A stretch of 36,671 nucleotides of DNA, taken from a virus. Below, one piece after another: positions 17,761-25,207 of the stretch (the first letter of the stretch is position 1; the number at the start of each line of letters is the position of its first letter). A program made the position numbers and the translations under genes. A model generated the notes under the pieces. It was not told the origin of the DNA. It made no database searches and saw only the letters and a list, made by a program, of their open reading frames with translations. The stretch lies in the IMG/VR virus record IMGVR_UViG_3300038415_000180; one strand, written 5' to 3'.

Positions 17761-17817
17761 AAACTAGCCAACCAGGTGTAGAAGCTGTCAAGGCGCGAGT
17801 CTTAGATCGGATGAAAC

Positions 17818-18516
17818 ATGCACTACGGTAAAGAAGTTAGAACGTTAGATAAGCTCACAATGGCTCAACAAACTAGACTTTCTCAACTACGGGAAGAGTT
17901 CTTCGGGTACGCAACTTCAACGGTGACCGACCGTCAAGCTGCTGAAGCTGCTGCTAGGGTACTGTTATCCTCGGATTTAGAGCCTAACTATCAAACCCAT
18001 TGGGTCAAGAACCCAGAAGAGGGGTGGGTTCTACTTGGGGACCTTAGGCTAACTGCTGTTTCTAGTGTACGAAGAAACCCCACTTACGCCATTTGGTGTG
18101 ATAAATTCAACCTAGCACAACTCTCAATCTCAAAAGAGATCGAGAATTTAGTGGGTAACACCTTGTGCTACCCACTTCAGAATAGCCTCAGTAACAACCG
18201 CAACTCGGCAATATACTTTGGGTTAGGGTACCTTCAGAAGCTGATAATGGCTCCTGATAGCCTAATCCTGGACTCCCTACAAACCCCAGGATACATAGCC
18301 AGTAGCAAGTTTTACCGAGAGCTTGGTGTCAGGTACACCCCGAGAACAACTGATCAATTAGGGGCGGTTGAAGAGATCATAAAATCAGCCTTTGCGGTTT
18401 GGGTGATCCCAACCGACATGGTTAGTACCCTGTCGAGCCATGTAGTCCTCTGCGATAAGCCAACTTCAATCGAGATTGAGAATGACATCGTAGTGGGTAT
18501 GGATTTTGCTGACTAG
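17818..18516 (+). CDS. Hypothetical protein, 232 aa.
   Basis: ORF. Confidence 0.5.
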   Translation: MHYGKEVRTLDKLTMAQQTRLSQLREEFFGYATSTVTDRQAAEAAARVLLSSDLEPNYQTHWVKNPEEGWVLLGDLRLTAVSSVRRNPTYAIWCDKFNLAQLSISKEIENLVGNTLCYPLQNSLSNNRNSAIYFGLGYLQKLIMAPDSLILDSLQTPGYIASSKFYRELGVRYTPRTTDQLGAVEEIIKSAFAVWVIPTDMVSTLSSHVVLCDKPTSIEIENDIVVGMDFAD

Positions 18517-18608
18517 ACCAACCCTAGACCCTTTGGGAGAAAACCGGATAGGCAAGGACGAAAGCCGTCGGAACGGCCGATTATGACAAATCAGAGTGGA
18601 AGCGCATG

Positions 18609-18716
18609 AGCGACTTCATCTACTCGCACATCAAGCTCGACCCCAGCCGGCGGAGCCAGTCTCTGGACCCGCTGCTGCCGAGACCATCGAGGTATAATCG
18701 CAAGCCGGTGATCTAG
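18609..18716 (+). pseudogene. Orphan C-terminal tag remnant ...PLDPLLPRPSRYNRKPVI*. It has no in-frame start codon.
   Basis: A 35-codon open frame ends in the conserved tag. It is bounded upstream by TGA 18606-18608 and contains no ATG, GTG or TTG. An ATG at 18605 in another frame gives a 30-aa ORF that ends at 18697. Confidence 0.3.
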
Positions 18717-18875
18717 GGCTGGAACTTTGGTTCGACTTCCTTGACTACTTTGTTCAAGAAGTCAGCCAGATACTTTGCTACCTGCGCAGGAGCCCCGGTC
18801 CTTCCTCGAAGCTTGTACTCGCGGGGGAGCGCTGATACTCGCATCTCAATCTTGACCCTGCCCGTTGGGGGTGGA

Positions 18876-19247
18876 CTATGGGGGGTTTCCCTGCCGAAAC
18901 CTTCGATCACAAAAAGACATTCGATTGTTCTCGGCTTCTGCCCCGCCACCTCCACCACGTCCAGTGGGTAGGTTGTAGAAGTTCACGAACACTGTGTCGT
19001 AGCGGTCTCCAGCAAGCCGGGATCTGTTTTCAAAGTGGACCTGACGACCCTGAAGGTTGAGATGGGACTCTACCATCTTGATGAACTCTTCAGACCCGCC
19101 ACCTTCAGCGGCGAACCTTGTAGCTACTCTTTGGACAAGCGGGTCGTGAGTCATACTCTTATCCCTAGAATAAAGGATTACCGCTTCGAGGCCTTCTTGT
19201 GGTGTTTGCCTTGCTTCTCGACGAACTGTGCGAATCGCTCTAACCAC
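18876..19247 (-). CDS. Hypothetical protein, 123 aa. It may be the frameshifted continuation of 19178-19477.
   Basis: The two ORFs overlap by 70 nt in different frames. Confidence 0.3.
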   Translation of the reverse strand: MVRAIRTVRREARQTPQEGLEAVILYSRDKSMTHDPLVQRVATRFAAEGGGSEEFIKMVESHLNLQGRQVHFENRSRLAGDRYDTVFVNFYNLPTGRGGGGGAEAENNRMSFCDRRFRQGNPP

Positions 19248-19477
19248 TCTGCCTCGGTAAGACGAATAGGGTGACCTTTGGTCTGCACTTCTTGGATGAA
19301 GTTGTTGACCGTTGTGGAGATCCCAGCTGCAAACAAGTGCACATCACATCGGTTGTCTGCGGGGAGGATTTCAAACGGTAGTGGTGAGTAGAGCAGCGTA
19401 TCCCTATGCTTTGAGTGTTCTGGGATTGGATGTCCCTTGATACTGTGCTGATGTCGGTCTAGTTCCTTTTCGTCCAT
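19178..19477 (-). CDS. Hypothetical protein, 99 aa.
   Basis: ORF whose start lies 2 nt downstream of the stop of the small TM ORF above it. Confidence 0.4.
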   Translation of the reverse strand: MDEKELDRHQHSIKGHPIPEHSKHRDTLLYSPLPFEILPADNRCDVHLFAAGISTTVNNFIQEVQTKGHPIRLTEAEWLERFAQFVEKQGKHHKKASKR

Positions 19478-19479
19478 GG

Positions 19480-19599
19480 CTACCCTTCAAGTAAATTACT
19501 GACTAGTTCGTAAAGGCCCCACCCGATAAAGATCAGGACAACTAGGGACCAACCTAAGACATCCCATCCAGTAACTCCTGATTGCTGTTTTTGCGCCAT
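19480..19599 (-). CDS. Small membrane peptide, 39 aa (MAQKQQSGVTGWDVLGWSLVVLIFIGWGLYELVSNLLEG).
   Basis: One TM helix. Its start shares a TGATG overlap with the stop of 19599-19871, and it ends 2 nt before the start of the next gene. Confidence 0.35.
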   Translation of the reverse strand: MAQKQQSGVTGWDVLGWSLVVLIFIGWGLYELVSNLLEG

Positions 19600-19871
19600 C
19601 ATGCCACAATGTGCTCAGCGAGAGCTTCAAGCTCTGCGATGACTGACTCAAGTTTATTCTTCCGGTCCAAGTGTTGGGCCGTCGCTATGATAAGGTCACC
19701 CAGCTTTGAGTAGTCACGACCATTCGGAGCTGTAACATCCAAGGCGCAAAGAGCATCCCGGAGAGCGCTCAGCGCATCTGAAGTGTCCTCGAACAAAGTG
19801 GCCCTAGCAGTACCGCCAAGGTGGATGGTAGGTAGAACGACTACTGGCTTGCTCGATTCTGCGTTGTCCAT
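19599..19871 (-). CDS. Hypothetical protein, about 90 aa. The start was moved to the internal ATG 19871, just downstream of a family promoter.
   Basis: The promoter TTGAGA -18- TATTAC at 19867-19896 lies inside the 5' extension of the ORF track, which argues for the shorter gene. Confidence 0.45.
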   Translation of the reverse strand: MDNAESSKPVVVLPTIHLGGTARATLFEDTSDALSALRDALCALDVTAPNGRDYSKLGDLIIATAQHLDRKNKLESVIAELEALAEHIVA

Positions 19872-19896
19872 ACTCAGTAATACGCGTAAACTATGT
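19867..19896 (-). promoter_or_regulatory. Family promoter TTGAGA -18- (ACGCG)TATTAC.
   Basis: Conserved motif. Confidence 0.45.
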
Positions 19897-20029
19897 CGAT
19901 TCTCAACTACTAATTTGCTACTAATCCAACCATTATTTAGTATTTGGCTGGCCGAACTATCAAGAGCATTAAACGTCTCAGCCCCCGAGAGGTAATTCAT
20001 CGGAGGCTGTAACGCTATGTAGAGCCTGA

Positions 20030-20875
20030 TTATACGGAGGCGACCGCTTCACGTATGCGTTTATTGGCTTCTTTCACCCCTTGAGCATCACGTGGGTCAT
20101 ATACCACCACAGTAACCCTGTGTCCGTTGGCCACAGCTGCAACCCTTGATACCGACTCAACCACGACCGTTTCTGGCTTGTGGATCTTGATCTTGGCTGT
20201 CTTCTTTGCAACCTTCTTGGCTGTCTTCTTGGCTGGCGATGCCGAAGCCCCAGCATTCTTCTTGTCCGTGCTACGAACCGAGTAGATCAAACCCTCAGCG
20301 ATGGTCTGACCCATCGCTGCAGCTGCAGCAACGATCTCCCTAGCTGTTTGATTTGGGTGCTTGCGGATGAACTCGGACTTGTTGAAGTCGGAGTCCACAG
20401 CTATAGGCTTCTTCGCCTGCACAGGAGCGGAGACCCTCTTGGCTGCCTTCTTCGCTACCTTCTTGGCTGGGACTGCCCCGGCAACCTTCTTCTTCTCTGT
20501 ATTCCGAATCGAGTAGACCAACCCCTTGGCGATGGTTTGACCAAGAGCTGCCGCGGCCGCCACAATTTCACCAGCTTTTTGATTTGGGTGCTTGCGGATG
20601 AACTCGGACTTGTTGAAACTTGAGTTAGGGTCGTTAGACTCCTTCGTCTGCACAGGATCAGCAACCTGGGCTGCCTTCTTGGACACCCTCTTCTTGGACA
20701 CCTTCGGTTGCTTGGAGCCAGCTTCTGCCCGTAACTTACTCCGAGTGGTCCAGACCTTTTGAGGGCTGATGTCCAGACCAAAAGTCTCAGCTTCAGCGCT
20801 GATCTCTTGCGGGGTCAGACCCGGGCGGGCGCGGATGAATTCTGTCTTAGCCGTCTTGTCATTGGTGATTGCCAT
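20030..20875 (-). CDS. Lys/Ala-rich basic protein, 281 aa, with three copies of a helical module (…SEFIRKHPNQ.A.EIVAAAAA.GQTIA.GL.YS.R…) joined by KKAAKK-type linkers. It is a candidate H1-like or nucleoid DNA-binding protein.
   Basis: The ORF is preceded by an SD (AAGGAAAAG). The internal repeat is visible at both the protein level and the DNA level (about 231 bp, 2.5 copies). The net charge is strongly positive. Confidence 0.65.
   Translation of the reverse strand: MAITNDKTAKTEFIRARPGLTPQEISAEAETFGLDISPQKVWTTRSKLRAEAGSKQPKVSKKRVSKKAAQVADPVQTKESNDPNSSFNKSEFIRKHPNQKAGEIVAAAAALGQTIAKGLVYSIRNTEKKKVAGAVPAKKVAKKAAKRVSAPVQAKKPIAVDSDFNKSEFIRKHPNQTAREIVAAAAAMGQTIAEGLIYSVRSTDKKNAGASASPAKKTAKKVAKKTAKIKIHKPETVVVESVSRVAAVANGHRVTVVVYDPRDAQGVKEANKRIREAVASV
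20200..20660. repeat. Intragenic tandem repeat of about 231 bp x2 that encodes the repeated module of the basic protein.
   Basis: The 39-mer TTGATTTGGGTGCTTGCGGATGAACTCGGACTTGTTGAA occurs twice exactly, about 20347 and about 20579. Confidence 0.6.
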
Positions 20876-21018
20876 AGATACTTTTCCTTGTTTGAGCCTT
20901 TAGTGGCGATTCCTAGTAATAGTGGATCAAAGTATGAGAGGCTACAACATTAAAAGTACGTTGAAGCCTGACTATTCTAGAAATCTACAACTTCAGCCCT
21001 AAGGCCTAACTGCCAGTA

Positions 21019-21047
21019 TTGACGAAAACCTATACGCAAAGTAAGAT
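21019..21047 (+). promoter_or_regulatory. Sigma-70-like promoter TTGACG -17- TAAGAT upstream of 21078.
   Basis: Hexamers with a 17-nt spacer. The leader is about 30 nt. Confidence 0.35.
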
Positions 21048-21077
21048 AGTAGCCGGGTAGTAGGTAGCACTAAGTAC

Positions 21078-21473
21078 ATGGAATCATTAGAAAACAACAC
21101 TGCAAATGAGGCCTTCAAGCTTCAACTAAGGGCTCGCGAGATTATCAACTATGCTGAGTTGGCTCGGGAGAGGTATGAGCACCACAAGAAAGCCGCCCAG
21201 TTCTACCTGAGGAGGACTGCAGCCCTCTTGGCCCTCAACGTGGTAAGTGGGTCAGTAACGCTGTTTGGGGGTCCCAAGGCTTTCTTGGTAGCCTCAATCG
21301 TCAGCACATTGGTGCTCTTACTGCGCAAGGTGGATGGATCACTCGCGACTCATCTTCAGGCAACCATCGAATACAAGATGAGCCTGGATGAGTTAGAATC
21401 AGTCGAAGAAACCAATGGAATGGCGCACGCTATCAGTCAATTTGAAGAGCGGTGTCAGAGGTTTGAATCATGA
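21078..21473 (+). CDS. Membrane protein, 131 aa.
   Basis: ORF with a TM segment (LLALNVVSGSVTLFGGPKAFLVASIVSTLVLLL). It shares an ATGA overlap with the next gene. Confidence 0.5.
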   Translation: MESLENNTANEAFKLQLRAREIINYAELARERYEHHKKAAQFYLRRTAALLALNVVSGSVTLFGGPKAFLVASIVSTLVLLLRKVDGSLATHLQATIEYKMSLDELESVEETNGMAHAISQFEERCQRFES

Positions 21474-21829
21474 TCCCTATTGATCCCCAATATACACCCG
21501 AAGAGATGATTGCGCACTACGCCAGAATGGCTCGGGAGGGGTTTGATCGCCACCAAAGGCTGCGTACTAGGGCCTCAAGGCTAAACACGGTCCTGCTCAG
21601 CTCTGTGGCGATCCTAGGCGTACTCGCAATCAAGTACCCATGGTGCGGAGTAGCCTTGATGTTCGTAGCCATCATACTTCTCATTTCTGGACTGACTCAA
21701 AAGGCTGTGACTCATGCCCTGGCCGCCATGAGGTACTTGGGACATGCCCAAAAGTTCGATCGCTTGACAGACTTGGCAGCCCTTCCCCGAGCTATTGAGC
21801 TATTCGAGGCGGACACCCTACACGATTGA
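21470..21829 (+). CDS. Membrane protein, 119 aa.
   Basis: ORF with TM segments (VLLSSVAILGVLAI...VALMFVAIILLISGL). Confidence 0.5.
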   Translation: MIPIDPQYTPEEMIAHYARMAREGFDRHQRLRTRASRLNTVLLSSVAILGVLAIKYPWCGVALMFVAIILLISGLTQKAVTHALAAMRYLGHAQKFDRLTDLAALPRAIELFEADTLHD

Positions 21830-21884
21830 GACCCACTCAAGCTTAATCGAGCTTGAGTGCTACAAATCCGGTGTAGATCATTGC

Positions 21885-22082
21885 ATGGCAAAGCCCACCA
21901 AGCACAAGCACATTTACCGCAACGGAACGAAACTCACTTTTTTGGCCACTCAGAAGGGGTTACGTGTCCATTGGAAACAGGGTGGGGCTGAAAAGCGCCA
22001 CCCTGCTTTTACCGTATCGTGGGACACGGTGGATGAACTCAGGGCCGCGCTAACTCAGCAGACGCAACAGCAGTCTGCATAG
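21885..22082 (+). CDS. Small basic hypothetical protein, about 65 aa. The start is set at ATG 21885.
   Basis: ORF whose listed start in the track is a TTG. Confidence 0.3.
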   Translation: MAKPTKHKHIYRNGTKLTFLATQKGLRVHWKQGGAEKRHPAFTVSWDTVDELRAALTQQTQQQSA

Positions 22083-22311
22083 AGAACCGCAACTGTTGGT
22101 AGACAGATAGTAGCTCACCCAGAGCCGCTAGGACCAATGGTTCCGGATGAGCTTCTGCGTTCACCCTCTTGAGCACCCATTCGAGATGCCACCAGGCTTC
22201 GTCCAGGTACAATCCCTCGTTGGGGTCTCCAGGAGCTGCCTCGACTAGAAGGCAGCTCACCATCTCGATGCTAGCTTTGATTGGATCTGGGTCTAATCGG
22301 ATGAGGAACAT
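22039..22311 (-). CDS. Hypothetical protein, about 90 aa. The start was moved to ATG 22311, which is 5 nt downstream of a family promoter.
   Basis: The promoter at 22317-22346 lies inside the extended ORF of the track. Confidence 0.4.
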   Translation of the reverse strand: MFLIRLDPDPIKASIEMVSCLLVEAAPGDPNEGLYLDEAWWHLEWVLKRVNAEAHPEPLVLAALGELLSVYQQLRFSMQTAVASAELARP

Positions 22312-22316
22312 ACCCT

Positions 22317-22346
22317 GTATTACGCGCCAGCTCGCGCGGATCTCAA
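22317..22346 (-). promoter_or_regulatory. Family promoter TTGAGA -18- (GGCGCG)TAATAC.
   Basis: Conserved motif. Confidence 0.45.
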
Positions 22347-22357
22347 CCAAGATTCGA

Positions 22358-23548
22358 TTACTTGAAGTATTTAGGGTCCAATACCCCTGGGTTACGGTCA
22401 AGGATGTCATTGACCGTCTTGACCTTGATGTTCAAGTTGGTCCGTGCTTGAGCCCGAGCTTCCAAACGGTCATTCGACGTACCAGATGCCCAAGTGTCCA
22501 ACCCCTCGATGTGGATCTCGGCTGTCCAGAAACCAAGACTACTGAACTTCTCGGTGAAAATGGTCTCTTGGTTCTCGTCGTGATAGTGAGAGCGGGTGGG
22601 ACTAAGGTGAACCATTGGCTTGCCGAACCAAGTGTCAAATACTGACTTCTTCTCAACTTTGGATTCAGGTACAGGCTCGGGCTCGGGCTCCGGTACAAGC
22701 TCGGGATCGGTCTCAGGCAACGTTGCCGACTCAAGATGCTCGGTAACCTCCTCTGAGTCATCATCCGATTCGACTTCCAATGGTTCGACCACCCCTGTCT
22801 CTGCGCTGACCTCAGAAGGTACGGAAACCGTCTCCACCGCCGCTACAACCACCCCGTCTGATTCTACTGGCGAGACCTTCGGCTTCGAGCGAAGAGCGTA
22901 CATACCCTTTTCTGGGCAGTGAAATAGGTTCTTGTGCGCACTCAGCACATTGCTCACCGAGGATCGGCGCTTTGGGAACCACTCCCGTGCTTCCAACCTC
23001 TTGCAAATATCGTCGAAGCTTATGGTTTCCCTGCCTACGACATAGAGGATGCATTCAAGTAGACTTTTCGGCTTCGTAGTTTCTTCAGGGGTAATCTTCT
23101 TGGCCACAACATTCTCCACGGGGATTAGAATTTCGAGTTCGCTAAGTGCTAGGTCCAGGTTTACCACAGGATGAGTGGAACCCAAAGACTTATTCTCAAT
23201 AATTTCTTGGTCATTCGGGAGGGAGTCGATGTACTTTGACTCTTGTTCGGCCCTGGCGAGTAGGACTTTCGTCTGCTTTATCTCTTGCCGCTCGATTCTG
23301 GCGAGTAGCACTTTCGCTTGGTGCACCTCCTCTTCATGGAGGCGACCGGACTCTTTCATGGCTAGGTCTTTATCCGTGAATAATGACCCCTCGCTTGCCA
23401 CGAACTCGAAGTAGTCTGTTACCGAGCGAACAACAACTGGGTCAGGGGGAACGAAAGCTAGGTCTTGCCCCCCAGTACCTGTCTCTAATATGACAACAGG
23501 TGTGATGCCCAGCGTCCCCGCTATCCAATGGGTGGGTGTGGTTGTCAT
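22358..23548 (-). CDS. Hypothetical protein, 396 aa. It has an N-terminal region, a helical repeat (KVLLAR x2), a winged-helix-like middle, and an acidic Pro/Glu-rich linker (PELVPEPEPEPVPES).
   Basis: Long ORF directly downstream of a family promoter. A 45-bp intragenic tandem duplication lies at 23253-23342. Confidence 0.6.
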   Translation of the reverse strand: MTTTPTHWIAGTLGITPVVILETGTGGQDLAFVPPDPVVVRSVTDYFEFVASEGSLFTDKDLAMKESGRLHEEEVHQAKVLLARIERQEIKQTKVLLARAEQESKYIDSLPNDQEIIENKSLGSTHPVVNLDLALSELEILIPVENVVAKKITPEETTKPKSLLECILYVVGRETISFDDICKRLEAREWFPKRRSSVSNVLSAHKNLFHCPEKGMYALRSKPKVSPVESDGVVVAAVETVSVPSEVSAETGVVEPLEVESDDDSEEVTEHLESATLPETDPELVPEPEPEPVPESKVEKKSVFDTWFGKPMVHLSPTRSHYHDENQETIFTEKFSSLGFWTAEIHIEGLDTWASGTSNDRLEARAQARTNLNIKVKTVNDILDRNPGVLDPKYFK

Positions 23549-23556
23549 TCTACGTT

Positions 23557-23585
23557 TTATTACGCATGACTCGGGCAGAACTCAA
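23557..23585 (-). promoter_or_regulatory. Family promoter TTGAGT -17- (ATGCG)TAATAA, 8 nt before ATG 23548.
   Basis: Conserved motif. Confidence 0.5.
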
Positions 23586-23680
23586 CTAAATTATCAAAAT
23601 AACTTTGGGTTTTGAAATATGCCTAGCGGCCAGTTCTTAGTTTGAACATCCGGTGTACTGATTGGACGAAAGGACGGGCT

Positions 23681-23791
23681 CATGCCTAAGTCAACCACTA
23701 GTACAGCTAAGACGCAAAAAATTGGTACCAAGAAGACTGCGGAAGTGACCAAGGTCACCCCCAAGAAGAAGGTAACCAAGAAAAGCAAGTG
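23681..23791 (+). CDS. Small, highly basic Lys/Thr-rich peptide, 36 aa (MPKSTTSTAKTQKIGTKKTAEVTKVTPKKKVTKKSK).
   Basis: Short ORF with an upstream AAGGA. Its composition resembles a histone-tail or DNA-binding peptide. It is below the track cutoff. Confidence 0.3.
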
Positions 23792-23828
23792 ACCGGGTAG
23801 AGGGCCATCCGCGGTGTAAAGACCAAAG

Positions 23829-24329
23829 ATGGCCCTTCTCGATTTCGTACTAGATAGCTACGAGAGTTACATCCAAAAAGCTTACCATCACTCACAATGT
23901 GAGCCACATGATGCCAGCCGAGAAGAGGTCATCCTGTGGCGTCGAGTGAAGGAGCTAGAAGGGATCCTTCAGAATCTAAGGCCGCCAATTGTCAACGAGA
24001 TGCTGGAGTCTATCCCCAGAGATGTTGATAAGGTGTGGGTGAACATCGAGAGCATGGAGCTTCTACAACGACACGCTCTCGATATCCTACGACTGGAGTC
24101 GCTCCCGCCCACTGAGGGTGTCTACCAAGAGATCTGGGGTTCGATTCAGTACCTTGTCGACTACGACGGCATAGAGGAGCCTCATACAGTATGGCTCGCT
24201 TGCGACCGCAACCTACCCTTTGGAACGGTCAGCACTGAGAGAGCTTCCACTTATCTGACGCCGGTAGCTGCAACGCTTCGATCTCAACCTTGCCATCAGG
24301 TAGCTGTGAAGGATCCAACACAACCTTGA
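23829..24329 (+). CDS. Hypothetical protein, 166 aa.
   Basis: ORF. Confidence 0.45.
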   Translation: MALLDFVLDSYESYIQKAYHHSQCEPHDASREEVILWRRVKELEGILQNLRPPIVNEMLESIPRDVDKVWVNIESMELLQRHALDILRLESLPPTEGVYQEIWGSIQYLVDYDGIEEPHTVWLACDRNLPFGTVSTERASTYLTPVAATLRSQPCHQVAVKDPTQP

Positions 24330-24612
24330 TGTTGCTGTCCTTGAAGCTCTTTAGGAACTCGCTCCCGACACCAATTCGTTTGACCTCATAATCGAAGACC
24401 TGGGCCCGCAACATGAAGAGTCGTAGAGCGTCAATGTCGGTGAAACAGGGTAGGTAGTACTGCCCATGGTGGGATTTGGACGGGATGTAGATCGGAGCTC
24501 CATTCCTCCAAGGTAGAAGGGCTCTGGAGAGATCAACCTCCTCGAACTGATTCCCTCGAACTGATTTAGGTCCTTCGGTCATCTTTTCCAACACACGAGC
24601 CAACGATAGCAC
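24229..24612 (-). CDS. Hypothetical protein. The listed start is a GTG, and the real start may be the internal ATG about 24580.
   Basis: ORF. Confidence 0.35.
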   Translation of the reverse strand: MLSLARVLEKMTEGPKSVRGNQFEEVDLSRALLPWRNGAPIYIPSKSHHGQYYLPCFTDIDALRLFMLRAQVFDYEVKRIGVGSEFLKSFKDSNIKVVLDPSQLPDGKVEIEALQLPASDKWKLSQC

Positions 24613-24617
24613 TAACT

Positions 24618-24911
24618 ATGGACTCAACGCAAATCCTAAAAATATCAAGTAAATACGAAACCATACTTAAGGCTACAGGTGTATACGCCGTAAAATCAGA
24701 TACTTCACTGAACGTAGGACCAGGGAATAGTAAGGCTTTTGAGCATTGCCTTTGGATGTGCTATGAAATCGAGCGCCAGGTGAGGGCCGGAGAGCGGGAT
24801 AAGGCCATGCGCTGGGTGTGCTTTATCCAAGGAGTTCTATGGGTTTCCGGCCTTTTGAGTATTGACTCGATGCGTGATGATAATCGACCCGCGGTCGGAA
24901 GTGCAACCTGA
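24618..24911 (+). CDS. Hypothetical protein, 97 aa.
   Basis: ORF. Confidence 0.4.
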   Translation: MDSTQILKISSKYETILKATGVYAVKSDTSLNVGPGNSKAFEHCLWMCYEIERQVRAGERDKAMRWVCFIQGVLWVSGLLSIDSMRDDNRPAVGSAT

Positions 24912-25065
24912 ACTTATTCCACCCCTAGTTGATGGACAACTTCATTGACATCGGGTGCGGGGTATCAATCGCGTTCGCCGAGTATCAAGGTCAAGTAGTC
25001 GGCCTCCACGAGCGCCACCCCAACAGGAAGGACCCTTCCCAACCCTGTTGCGGCTTCGTTTGGTT

Positions 25066-25116
25066 CGACTTTCCAGACCGGGTACCCGTTGCACGGGTAC
25101 CCGGTCTGGAAAGTCG
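25066..25116. repeat. Perfect 23-bp inverted repeat with a 5-nt loop (CGACTTTCCAGACCGGGTACCCG ttgca CGGGTACCCGGTCTGGAAAGTCG). It contains a nested palindrome CCGGGTACCCGG.
   Basis: Read directly. It lies in a noncoding region of about 300 bp between the convergent genes 24618-24911 and 25208-28495. Confidence 0.7.
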
Positions 25117-25207
25117 AGTGCATGGATCCCCTGACGCTATCCCCATCCATTCTATGTCGCGGGTGCGGCAAACATGGGTATATCCGTCAGGGGAGGTGGG
25201 TCCCGGC

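Noticed and set aside
20180-20623. A 147-aa ORF antisense to the basic repeat protein gene.
   Set aside because: It is an artefact of the GC-rich Lys/Ala codon repeats on the opposite strand and has low-complexity L/C/G content. The sense gene is the one with an SD and a promoter.
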